A stretch of DNA of 64,000 nt from Orbicella franksi (Eukaryota), in NCBI GenBank assembly GCA_964199315.1, contig OZ116702.1, positions 29,326,001 through 29,390,000 of the forward strand. The letters run 5' to 3'. The notes beneath the pieces were generated by a model, which was not told the DNA's origin, made no database searches, and was given only the letters and a program-made list of their open reading frames with translations. This document shows positions 17,721-31,400 of this stretch, piece by piece. Position 1 is the stretch's first letter; each line of letters begins with the position of its first letter. The translations under genes were made by a program, and so were the position numbers.

Positions 17721-20700
17721 GGTTGTCACTGAATCTGAAATGTTTAAATGTTATCAGAACATATCAGAGCCGAGCATAAGGAATGGGTAAAGACAGGTAT
17801 TTAGGATTTTTAATTAATAGTCGCACCAGCGTACTTAGTTCTCAGACTCGTAATCGCAGTTTTCCAGTTCGGCAAAATCCGGGGGAGGGGAAGAGAGGGA
17901 GAGGGGGAGGGGGGGGGGGACTCAGGTATATCAGTGACCGCGGGGTGCGAATAATGGGAAATTTATCAATCCCAAAAAAAAGTTCAACGGCTCAAAACGT
18001 AACGCAAAAAAGTCTTATTTGTCCAAGCATCTAAATTTGCCATATCACGTTATATGTGTGACTGAAACTCGTAGCTATTTGTGAATGAAATCATTTTGCA
18101 TAAAATCAAGTGTGGTCATAAGCTTGAAGCCTACATCTAGGATTAGGGCTCGTGCTGTCTTTCACGAGTTGGCTATTTTTAGGACAAACCTTGCGCGCGC
18201 GAAAATGACGTAGTTTATTGTGAAATGATGGCGTGTTTATCATTTTGGCGTCAGATTATGGCGTCTTCATCATCGCCTTTCGGTCGCGGTCGGCCGCGGT
18301 CGTAATTGTTTTGTGAGCGCCCTTCATTTTGGTGGACTATGAAAAGAAATGTAAAGAAACAGGCAAAACATTTTTCACCATCAGCCCGAAGAAGGTGTTT
18401 TCGATAGCGACGCGTCAAAGGGCAATCAAGACGAAGGAACTGAGGTAAACAAACCGGGTCCAAACGGGAGGCAAGTGCTTCTCTCCAGACTTGCGACTAA
18501 AGCAAGAAAATGTATGACATCGCGTCTTGAAAGAGACCAGGAACAACTGAGAAGCAATGAGGAAAGGGAGAAGGCTAATACTGTAACAGCTCGAGGGCGT
18601 CTTATAACCGATACAAAGTGGCCTAAAATTAAAGTTGTAGACGTGTCTGTTCGCGCTTCTCGCATCCTTCCACGAGCGAACAGCAAATACTTCAACGTGA
18701 TTGGTTACTTGTTCGCGGAAAAGTCGTTCTAAAAATAGCCTACACGCGAAAGACATATCTCAAAGCTCATTACCGGAGATGTAGACTTCTAGTTATGAAC
18801 TTCTGGTGTGGCAGTGTACATTTTTTTTTATCAACCCTAAAACTGAATAGTCCTTGCCAAAATCTTTCTATCAAAAGAAAAACAGTTCGCCAGAAAATTA
18901 TAAAACGCAATTCCCAAAAAATTCCCGAGCCCCAAGAGATAGGCTACATAGCAAATCAAGGAAAGAAATTTTCTACGCATGACCAGGAAAAAATTGAATG
19001 CCAGTTTACCTTGGCAAAGTAAAAACCTTTTCCGGATATCGATGATTTTTACTGAATAATTACTTGCTCATATAAAGCTTTCATAATTTTCACTGTCCTC
19101 GAGGGAATTCAACTCCATTTTGTCGCGCTCCAACCTCGTTCCCAGGGTCTACTCCGCTTTTTAGATGGCTGCTGGGAACGAGGTTGATCGTGCCCATGAG
19201 TAACCCACGCTACACGTCTTCTTCGCGGGAAACACGTAGCAGCCACGCGCGCTTTGACCGCGCGGATGCACAAACGGCAAATTTAGGCTGAGCCTCGCTT
19301 CTCCTGCCTTAAGTTTTGAGTCAATTTTATCAATAATAAATGATTTGAATGTTTTTGTTCACCCTATAACACTTTGCCTCTTTTTCCAAGGCCCTGCCTG
19401 ATGTTTCGAATAAACTTACCCAATCTGCGTATAGGTATATCAAGTGTGTCGATCGCTTTTCTTTTTTCCTAATCCAGAATCACCGGTGTGTGTTTGATTT
19501 TTCAGCCAAAAAATGTTTTAGCAGAGCTTTCACCGAAAAGAAAAACTGTATCCAAATTTCGCTCCAAAACCGCGACGGCTACGCTATGTCGAACTCGTCG
19601 TTATATCGACAAATCGTCTTCAAACTAATCGAAACAAGCAGAATTCGATGGATTTTTTTCATTGAATTCTCGCCAGGAAAAAGAAGTCAAGGAACGACAA
19701 TAAAGGTAAGATGATAGGAAGTCGAACAAGAACCAGCCTACTTTCAATCCGTACTAATCAAGATAGCGAGTTCAAGACCACATTGACATCGACAAGAAAT
19801 ACTTGATACATTTTGATTTATGGAAAATCATTGTTCTCGCAAAGATCTCGATATAGCGTTTGTTTAACTCTGACTTTGAAACTGCATCATCTCCTCACCG
19901 TCAACAACACATTGGTCCTCGGAGAACCAGGGGCAGTTAGTGGGGGCGAGGGAAAGTCGTAACGGGCGACATTTCAAATGGGCGCTCTCTAGCGCAAAGC
20001 ATACACCTTGTACTTAAGGCAACAGTTTTTTACATGTAACATGCTAAGTTTGTCAAGGAATGAAAGTTGAAAAAATTAACCTGCATGAACTGCGGCCGAC
20101 TATGCAGTATTTCTCGGTAACGCTGAAATCAGTGACGTCTTTGTACCTACTTCGGATGTCCGTGAATTAAATGTTTCAAAATGTACTGTAGGCCAATTCT
20201 CGACTCAAGTGAAAAACTGAAACCTTGCAGAAAAACAGGATATACGGTCTGTTTTTCAATTTTAAATGAATTTTCTATTTTAGTTCAAAGAAACACCAAC
20301 TATATACTTCTCAAACTGGTCTTACCTCACTTTCTCCGGCAAACATACGCCTCATTTGCTGTGAACCAAATGGGCTGGTGAAATATGCTGAACTGCAATC
20401 TTTCTATTGTCTGTTAATATTTGCTTAGATCCCTGATTATTCACCCCAATTTTATTTGCCCAACCAACGCAACGTCCCATAGCAGACAAATTAAACCCAC
20501 GTGCCATAATCAATTATGGTATCAGAAAACGTATTTCCTCGAAACTCGACGCGAAGCTTCAATTTCATGTTTTTAGCTCATAAGGTAGACTAGTGTTTTG
20601 ATAACGTTGTATTTTAATGTTTCGTTATTCATTCCGTTGCATATTGTTTGTAAGTGTAGTTTTGAATATTTTTTCCCATCCGAGTTAAAAACTAAGTGGT

Positions 20701-22408
20701 GTGCATAATTCTCTGATGTTGTCTTGGTGCCGATATTCGGCATATATGTCATGGTAAGTCAACATGGCCGCCAACAATGGAAAACATATAGTCGCCCAAC
20801 CACAAAATGAATGCTAACCGCAAGCAAATTGCAGTAAATAAATGTTAACTGCAAGCAAAGCTGCAGGGCGACTATATGGTGTCTTAACATGAATTATATA
20901 CCCGATATTCTTTGTCTGTTTGCTATGCGGGCTTTGTGAATAACAGAATCGAAGACGTCGAGTTTCGAAGCAAATGTTTTGTCTTGAGAACTTTACTATT
21001 GCTTAAACTCCCTAAAACGATAGCCTTTGTAGAAACTCAAAGCTATGTACGGGAAATGGGGATCAGTAAAAAATTAGCATGCATTAATTTTGTTTATTGT
21101 CCAAAATGTTCCTTCAGTAATACTATCGTTTTCATCAAATGTTCAATTTTGGTTTTGGTCACGCCGTTTGTTTTGCGCTTTGTGAAGTTGCCAAATTTCT
21201 ACGATCTTCATTTTTGCCGTCATTTTTATTGCCTCTTCTGGATGAGGCAGCATTATCCGCCTTGGTATACCTATCCCTTTTTCCAACACGACGCAGCCTA
21301 AGGAATTAGTTAAAACCTTTCACAGCGACCTAGAATAAGACTAGTGTTTACCCCGTTTAAAATAAGGGCCTTGTTTATTGTCAAGGATGCCATTCCTACA
21401 GGTTTACGATCGCGAGTGATCTATTGAGTTTTCTTGCGCAGGCTATCCTATTCTCATTTATGTGGCAACTGGCACTGTAACGGCTCATGTTTGAAATAAA
21501 ACTTTGAACTGCTTCGAAACTTTCTAACATAAACAGAAATCTCGGGTTGGCAATATTTTCCACTTTACCTGATTTCTACACTTACAAACAATTAATACGT
21601 AACGTGGAGGTGTATCTTAGAAGTTACGTTGAAAAATGTTGCTTCACATGTTTTGTTTAATTTCGAGGAAATTAGTTTTCTCATGAGTAGTTTAATTTTA
21701 ATTTCAAATGTTTCCAAATCAAGAATAATTTATAATTACGCGACAAATGGGAATAAGGCTAGGCCATTAAGCACGAATCGGCTTTTCAAAAAGATTAATT
21801 ACACTTTAAAGTGATCGTAAATAGATAGGAAGACGTCATGTTCAGATCTTGGTAAATAAAATTAACACTTCCTGGTACATAAAATGTACAATGCAACATG
21901 GGACGAAACGCTTTCATTGAAACACAGTATTATCAAAATGCTGGTATACCTTAAGCATTTAAAAATCTGCAGAAAATAAAAATGTCACTTCAAATTAGGG
22001 TTGTAGGAAATGTGTTTTCTGATACATTAATGGATCGTGATTGATGCTACGTGCGTGGGTACAAACTCAGTGTGGGGCAAAAATTCTCTCCAAGACAAAA
22101 CGTTTGCTTGGAAACTGGTGATTAAAGCCTCTAATGGACTGTTTAATCAACGCAACTTTCTAATTTATATAATCACGAGTTTCGAATTGGCACGCATGTT
22201 AGTCTTTTCGTAAGCCTATCGACTCCTTCAGTGAAAGTAAGGTAGGATCAGCTTTAGACGTAGCATTTTGTAAATTTGTTTCTTTGTACTATAATAGAAT
22301 TTCATCTAAAATTCGACCGTGCACTTTCAGCAGCTTTAGTTCTCTTGAATTTTATTTTTTTATGCGGTTTTCCAGTAAACTCATGTTTGTATTTTTCTTT
22401 CAATAGAT

Positions 22409-25400
22409 ATGGCCGTTAACTGCGGTTTTCTGCTGCTAGTTTTGGTTCTCTGTTGTGATTGTAAGTAGTAGTTCCTATTAATTCATTTTATCATCATTGG
22501 TCCGGTGCCAGCGACACAGCGAAAAATGTCCTCTTGAAACGTCTCAAATTTTCGAAATTTACCCCTTCAAGCGAATAGTTAAGAGAGCCACTGAAAAGTT
22601 AAGCTTTCTATGCTGTTTATGGATAAAAAAATGTGATATCTCTTATCGACCTAGCTTACCAGCTTGTAATTCTCTCTACTACCACCACTCTTTTTGTGAC
22701 TTTATCATTGATTGGCACCTATTTGATTATAAATCGAACTCGAGGAGGCATCATTGTAATCCGCGCGTAAATAGAAGAAGTACTTACAGTATGAATATAT
22801 ATAGTCGATATAACCGGACGAAATCTCGATTTGCCCAAAATGGGCGCGCAAACAGTATCGGGAGTTGTGCAGAATGCCCGCAAGTGGGTATCGGGAGGTG
22901 TGATAAAATTCCTTGTACGGTGATTGGTCAATGATGACATAAGGTGAAGGAATCTCTGCGTGGTGATTGGGTGATGATGACAGCCCATCAGCGCAAGCAA
23001 GTACTTACGTGACAACGTCGAAAAGAAAATTTGCTCTCTTTATTTCGCAAGGTCTCGAAGACGAAAGATACAGCGTTTATTTGTCCAAGAACCATTACGA
23101 ACATATCTACAAATTTCTCCACGATTAACGATAAGCAAGACTCAGTCCAAAACCGCGACTTACCAAATACAAACTACTTGACCGGATAAAAGATTCGATC
23201 AGTCTTCCGGTATTTAAATGAAATTTGTAATTGATCGAGACTTGTCAAGAAGGAAAGAGAATTCAAAAGAGTTCTAAAACTCACGGCAGGCGTTTTCATT
23301 GACAGAGGTGAGAAATCTTTCGGCATCCGTTTCGAGTTCAGCCGTCAAGTTGGTCGCTGTTGCTCGAGTTCCCAGCCCTAATATATTGAAACAGTTGGTC
23401 TCAATTGGTAGTTTTAAAACGTTTGGTTGTTGCTTAAGTTTATCCTCACTGAGATCACTCATTACAGCGAAAAAGGCAAAATGATCTCAGGAAGTTGGGG
23501 ACGCGTTCGTGTAATTAAATTTACGTGGTCATTTATGAGGTCATTTATCTTTTAGAATTTTTGCATATTTTGGCTTTGATTTTCTTATCTAAATTCCTCC
23601 TGAAAGTTTGTTTTAAATGTCACGTCCTCATCCCATGATCTTGAAAAAGAGAAAGCCAAACCTACAAACACCACGTGATACTTTGTGAGCAGAACACGAG
23701 AAAAATTAGTCTTTTCTTCTGAATTATCGCACGACTATTCCAAACAGAAAGCTGATTTTCAATCAATCTAGAAAATAGAAGAGCCAAAATATCAAGCGAA
23801 AGAATTGACTGTAGTAACGGTGCGCTGAGACAAAAAAGACTAACAGCGGGGGCAGCTGTAGTGTTAACTATCCCTAGTCTTATACATTAGTGCCGTTTTG
23901 TTTAATCTTATTTATTCATATATGTTGGTGAAATAATTGTAAATAATTTTATTTATCCTTTTTTTCTTTGCCGAGTATTTAGTTTCCGCTTACGAGTTTT
24001 TCCATGTCCCGCGCATTTAAACGTTGTACGTTAACTTTGTATGTTAAATTTTGTCTCAAAATTTGAAATGTTTCGCCATTGCTGGTATAAACTCAAATCG
24101 CAATTATAGACGAACTCAGAACTGATGATGACCGGTGAACCGATCGAAACATTTCTTCTTAAAAATTGAAAGTTGGTTGTTTATTTTTTTTTTTTTGAAA
24201 AATATCATACGTCCACATCAGTTTTTATTGCTTGGTAAATAACAACTCTTCTTTCTACTTTTTGCAGTTGCTGTTTTAAGCCGGGCACAAGGCAAGTTGA
24301 GTAAGCTTACCATAAACGCAGGCAAATAGCACTATAGTTTAACTTTGTGGTTTTTATAGTTTTTAGTAGTGGCAACAAGTTTATTAATGTTGTGCTACCC
24401 TCTTTACTAGTAAATAAAGAGCTTAGTTACTTAACTTACTTAATTACTAATGTGGAGGTAGTGTAAATTTTGATTTTGTTTTATTGTACAAGTGGTAAAT
24501 ATTTGGTCGTTTTGAACTAATCGACAAATTAATTTTTTAAAGCATCAACCAAGCTTAATAACTGATTTAATTTTAAAATCAGTTTTATCCAATTCCATTT
24601 CAATTTACCGGTACAACATATTTTAGCTATAGTATAATAATAATATTCCATAATAAAACAATTATTCCACTCGCGCTTGTTGGATATGTGATCCCGTGGG
24701 ATCATATCTCACGCGCGCTCGTCGAATAATTGTTAAATATAATATATTACAATATTTATATCTATAATAATATTTGTTTGTGTCTTACAGACAAGCGCTG
24801 TGACAATGGCTGGTCTTTTTATGGTGGAAACTGTTACTTTTGTGAAGGCAGGAAGAAGGCTAGAACAAGCTGGGAAAAAGCTCAGGAAATCTGTGAAAGC
24901 GAGCAAGCCAATTTGGTAACAGTGAATGATGCAAATGAGCAGAAATTTCTTTCCGGTATTCTTGGGAAAAAGGGAAGTTGGTGCGGATTGAATAACAAAG
25001 ACGACGAAAAAGTGTTTAAGTGGGTCAGCGGAGAAGAAAGCAAATACACTAACTGGGCTCCAAAACAACCCCGTAAGAGCAAAAAGGCACGCTGTGTTCA
25101 TATGCAGTGGGCTCGCCACCAACACAAATGGGTAATGCGGAAGTGTGCAAAGAAAGCGAGATTTACTTGTGAGAAAGGTAAGTTCTGTTATTATACATTG
25201 TAGTCAATATCTGTCTTCTCGTTGCCTAAGAGCCTACAGTTCATTCTGGGAATCAGCGCAACCAACACGTTCTTCACTAATCTGCTGATTAGTGAATAAC
25301 TGTAGGTTGTGCGTGCAATGCATGATTTCCAAGAGCAATGTCACGTTGAAATAAAAACATGGCTCATCGATTCGCTTCTTCAACAGAGCGTTTGTCCTCA

Positions 25401-28400
25401 TTCTCTGAAAACAATGAATTTTTTTCAAAAATACAACAATTATAGCTGGCGTGCGTTTCAGGTAAGGGATTTTAAATACCGTTATAGAAATCTCGCGTTA
25501 ATATCAGTGCTAATAAATACGAGTTTAATTTGCTTTTGTTTTCTGACCAGCTGCAAAGCCTTTAGAGCCATGTGCAGGTGAGCCGTGTAAAAATGGAGGC
25601 ACATGCATTGAACAACAGGAAGGATACGAATGCCAGTGTCCCAGCCAGTTTACAGGCGATAACTGTGAAACACAAATTGGTAATAAATGTAACTTACTTT
25701 TGATAAAATACGAAAATTGTATTGATTACACATTAAGAAAATGCACAATATATATAAAGAATAACGTAATATTTTTTATGACTTACTGCTGCTGTTTATT
25801 TGTTCTTCTGATGCCTTTTAAATTGTTACATTATGTTTTCTGATTTATATTTTTTAAACCTAGAAATCAACCCATGTGATGCCAAGCCTTGTTTGAATGG
25901 AGGAACGTGTAAAGCTTCCGATAATGGCTACAGCTGTCAATGTCCAGACAAGTTTACTGGTGACAACTGTGAAACGTGTAAGTATTCAAAAAATATTCCC
26001 TTTACAAAATACGTACAATAGATTTCTTTCAAAGGTAGTGGAACAGGAGCTTATCGCAGATTGATGGTTTCCTTCACCCGTCTTCTTCTGTGTGTTTCGA
26101 TTATGTAATGAAATCTAGAAGTATGATTTTGATTGCTCCATCTCGGGAGCCACGGATTAAATTTTCAACAGCAAAATTGTTCTTGGAATAAATTCTCACT
26201 ATCACATTCATGGGAAACGTGAATCGCAAAATGCCTGTTCAGCAACATATTCCTCTGCACACATAGCATGCCTATAATTTTTTGTTTGCAAATGTGAACT
26301 GTTGTTTGTTTTCAATTCAGCGTTGGATGTTTGTGTCCCAAACCCTTGCAAGAACGGAGCAACTTGTTATGACGTGGGATATAACAAGTACGTCTGCGCC
26401 TGTGTGAGTGGGTTTAAAGGAGTCAACTGCGAACGATGTAAGTTATGAAAAAGGTCTTCTTAATTTTTTGTTGTTGCCTACTCTGGTGACTGGGCTGAAA
26501 TATCTCACGGATCAAGATTCTCGCAGCTCGCGACTTCGCCGCTCGCTTTACATAATTCATATTCATGTTTCCAAATCGCACGCTAGGAAAAGAAATAGAC
26601 TGCTCGCAATCTAAGGTATCCTCCTCCTCTGTAGATAAAATAAATATAAAAAAAGAAAAGAAAAGGCCTAATCGCCTAACAGAACATTAACGTCATTAAG
26701 TTGCAGCCTAGACCCTGGGCGTTTTCCTCCTATCTCGGCCGCGCGCGAGGTTCACGTAAGGGCCTGGTAAGTTATGAATCAAAGATCTCTTCGAGATTCG
26801 CCTATTTTGCATAGAGTATGCGTTGGGGAAATGTTACTATTGAAAGCGATTTGCGATACATTAACCCATTGACTCCCAGTCTAGAAGGCTTTTATTAGCG
26901 CGCGCCCATCCCCTCAAACATTCCTGGCTCTTTAACGGCATTTAACATAAACGTGCGAGTGGGAAAAAATATACCATATGCGTACTAAATTCAGACAAAT
27001 AATTCCTTTCTGAAGTAAACTTTTATTACAACTAGACACGCTGAAAGACCAATTCATGATTTGAAATGTTAATTATCAACCTTGATAAATTGATCCCAAA
27101 CCAAACTTGAAGACGGTGAAAAAAATTTCTTCACCTCCGCGCGTCATTTTAACAACTCGCAAAAACACGAACTCTTTCTACAAAATATAACGCTAGTTCG
27201 AAACACTCTGGTGAAAGGTAGGCTTTCATTCTGTACAACTGTCACTGACATTTATTTAACCACCAGTGGTATTATCTTGGTACAGAAAAGCGGTAACTGG
27301 GGATAATAATTTGCGAATCATGGTGCCGTGAGATAGCGGAAAACTACTGAATTCCTTCCACAAAATAAACACTCACATTGCTTTTTATGCTATCCATCAC
27401 TATAACTAATAACAAAAAAATACTTGTTTGCATTTTCCGAAGTACTGTAGTAAATCTTTGCATGTAAAAGGTCGTAAACTGAACACAATTATTAACTAAA
27501 CAACAACGCGATGGTAAGTCGGCCGCACGCTGCATATCAGATGTCACCATGTGCTTTTCAAATCAATACGCTTCAGAAGCCTAAAATTCCAAACGTTAAC
27601 TGGGCAAATGAAAGAAACTTGAAGGAAGTTTTGTTTTAGATTAATTCTCATTTCAAGATGTAGCTACTTATGTATCAAAGCTTCAAAATTCTGCATATTT
27701 TTGAAGCCGTGAGATCCTGCATTATTCACGCTAAAGCGTAAGTTTAATTATAGCCCGACGGCTTTTTGCAGTCAATTTTTCACTAAGTGGCTTTACCGAT
27801 CCTTCTAAAAATTCCAGTTAAGTTCCATTTAAGTTCGAAGCGATATTGTATATTACCATTTTCCTGTCTGAAGTCTTGAGAAGCTGCATTAAGTCGTGAT
27901 CAAGTCCGTGAATTGTGGTCAAAACAAAAGATTGCGTGACGAGCTAAAAATACTTCTTTCAATGAAGACGACAAACAATAGACTTGTAACAATAGAAAAT
28001 AGCATTGGCCAATATCCTCTGACAATGAAGATTCGCAGCAGCTTTTAAGCATGCAAAACTAAGCGACTCAATCGGTGAACAGCACAGATTTTTGAAAAAT
28101 ACCTACCTGTAGTTTCCAAAAGGCTAGACAGGTTAAATGACGAGCGACGCGTGAAAATAACTTCGGGATCGAGAAGTGCTGGCGCATTCCTATCCAGTGA
28201 CGTTTTTATCGCCCACAGCGAAAAGTATTCCCTTGACAAATTAAAACAGTCCCTTGAGAGTATACAAAAATGTGGGTCAGAGAGTGCAAACCCAATGATC
28301 CCAATTCTTACCATTTTCCTTGTTCCAAGCAAAATAGTCGAAAAAAGGTCTTAATTTTTGGTGTGCCGGCCGGAGACGGTGACGTCACGAAATTTCGCGC

Positions 28401-31400
28401 CAAATCGATAAGCGGGAAGGGAATGCCTGGGTATTAGGCTGATTAATTGTAAATGAGGAATATTTTGTTATAAACTGTATTGAAAAGAAAATCGTGCTAC
28501 AATCAAGCGTCAACCAATGCCGATTTATAGCATCCTTAGCTAACTTCTTATTCTTCTACAAATTACAGCCTGGAGTTTCAAATGCTAAGAGACATTAAGC
28601 ATGTTATACTGTTTTTTCATAACAACCCGACAAGTCAAATTTACCAATACAACTATACCACCAATTAATTTCCCTCACTTGTATTTAGATTCTGTGGGAG
28701 GCGCGGTGGCCTAATGGCTAGTGCGCTGGACTCGGGATCGAACGGTCCGCACTGCGTTGTGTTCTTGGACAAGAAACTTTACTCTCATAGTGCCTCTCTC
28801 CACCCAGGTGTATAAATGGGTACCTGCGAATTTATTGCTGGAGGTAATCCTAAGATGCATTAGCATCCCATCCAGGGGGGAGTAGAAATACTCCTAGTCG
28901 CTTCATGCTACGGAAACCGGGATAAGCTCCGGCCTGATGGGCCACTAGCTCGTATGCAGACTTTACCTTACTGTTTTTTTCATAACAACCCAACTAGTTA
29001 AATTTACCAATACAGCTATACCACCAATTAATTGTCCTCATTTGTTTTTACATTCTGCAGTGAAGTGTGACTCGTGGCCATGCAAGAATGGAGGAACTTG
29101 TTTCGATGATGATCAAGAAAACAGATCATTCTGCAAATGCCCTTCTGGATTTACAGGAACTACATGCGAAGGCGGTAGGTAATTTGAACGGCCATTGCTT
29201 AATCGTATCCAATCAGAAAGAGGCAAGGGAAAAGCGATTTCTCTTCAGCACAACCTCTCGTTGAGGGCTAACTCTGGGCCGTTTGGATGAATTTTCGATT
29301 GGATGATACGAGAAGATTCGTCAAGTCTTCCTCTTTTCTGCTACTCAGCTTAAAAGCTGTGCGATGGGATTTTCAGGTCGTAAATCGACTCGGTGCTAGA
29401 GCGGATCAGATTATAAGCTGTTGGACTTTCCACCCTTTCTTTATAAGATGCGCAGTAAACAGCGAATGATAAATCCTTCAAACTGCCCACTTTCGCCATT
29501 TTGAGCCAAAAGAACGTCAGTACCCAGCAAGAAAGATAAATGTATATTTATTTCGTTGTTTTACGCAATTCTACGAACCATGCTGTAAATCCCATACATT
29601 CGCTTTAAAAATGCAAATGTGCGCACAAACAGTTTGTCTGGGCGACCTGTGGTCTGGTCTCAGTTCAGTATAAATTAGACTACTGTGCAAGTGGAATCAG
29701 TACCAGCGCATATCTACAGTTTCTGTATCATCAATTCCGCCTTCCCCAACCCACCTCACACGCCTCCCCACCTCCCCCCCCCCCCCCAAAAAAAAAATAT
29801 TTGCTGGGCTTCCCAAACAACTTGTTGGTAGCCATTTATACATCTGAGTGGAGAGGGAGGTGCTGAGAGTGTCGACTGCCTTACCTCAGAACACTTCTTC
29901 GCTGGCAACTCGTGATTTTTTTTTTTTTGCTTTTTAGAGGTACCATCCATTACCCAGGATCCTCAAGACTCAACTGGTTTGGAGGGTGATGAAGTCACCC
30001 TATGCTGCAAGGCAGAAGGAACACCTTCGCCCAGCTATCAATGGTATGTTTATTGCAGTTTGATTCCGCCACCAGCTTGAGAAAAGGGTTCAAACATTGT
30101 ATAAGACTGCAATATCAAACAATTACAGTACAAGTCACTTTCTGAATCGAAATATAATTCAGTCCCTGAAAACAATTTTGTTCCACAGATAACGGGCCGC
30201 AGACGAAAAAGCACGGTCACACAGAGTATTTTCAGTTTTAAACTAGAATGTTTTACAAGGCGTCCTTCGTCTGAACAAAGACTGTAGCGGGACTATTTTT
30301 TTATAGTGGTGATCAAGTGTGACATAACTACGGCATAAAATTTTACTAAACAAATGTGGTGTATGAAGCAGTTATAGGAAGTGGACAGTTCTGTTCATCC
30401 AAGTAAAATCGGTTAGGATATTTACAGATAAATGTAAGGTAAACTGAAAATGCGACGAAACGCATTAATTTAATTTTCGAAACATTCCAACTGTATTATG
30501 GTAAGAGTGGCAAGGAGGGGTGTTTCGCTCTGGGCTTTGCCACAGTGCTTTTGCGCCAGCCAGAACCATAGATTTACCGTAGGAATTAAGTGACCTTGAC
30601 TTAAGGTTTTTTTTCTTTGGATATCTTCTCTTAAAGGTTTCGAAAAGGCACTCCGCTGGAGGAGTCAAGCAGCAGCCTACGTTTTTCAAGTTTATCTTTA
30701 GATGACGCTGACTCATACAGATGCCGCGCAACAAATGACTTTGGAGCGATATACTCCAGTGAAGCAAATCTGAACGTGGTTCCTGGTAAGATGTTAAACG
30801 GCGTTGTTGTTCGCGCGAAAATCTTCCAACATTGATTTTTTTTCTAAAACTTTCACCACTGTGAAATTATGGGTTACTCATGTCAGAAATGTAAAAACTG
30901 AAGGGGAAGTTTACCGGATTCGTTGCAGAGATAAGGGGCGCTTTCCATTCGACCAAAAAATCCGGTTTGAATTTCCGAAAATTTTTGTTGGTGATGCAAA
31001 GCTAACGAAAGGAATTTCGGAGCCTATGGCTCGCCAGTGTTCGCACTACGGTATAATTGGGCAATAACAATTATCAGTTATTCGGTTGCTTCTGCGAGCC
31101 ATAATTTTAACAATAACATCGGAAAATTGCCGCGGGCCCGAGGCTCCCCGTCTCCCCTTCAGCCCTTACCTATGTCGCTACTGGCGCAACGATGACACCC
31201 CCCCCCCCCCCCTTCCAGAGCACACCTGTTCTTATATCCAAGAAAAGATATTGGCACTGAAAAATATTTAACTTATAAGCATTTTAAATGGTTTATATAG
31301 CTTAAAAAGCTTTTATGACTTACAATTTCAGGCAGTGGCGACGATTCATGCGACTTCACTCCAAAAGAAAAGGTTGTAGCTTTGCCTCCAGGATGTTCTG

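Noticed and set aside
23274-23462. Conserved 62-aa ORF present in both arms (mirror 50958..51146)
   Set aside because: Conservation only reflects the near-identical arms. It lies in intron 1, probably a repeat remnant, with no recognisable domain.
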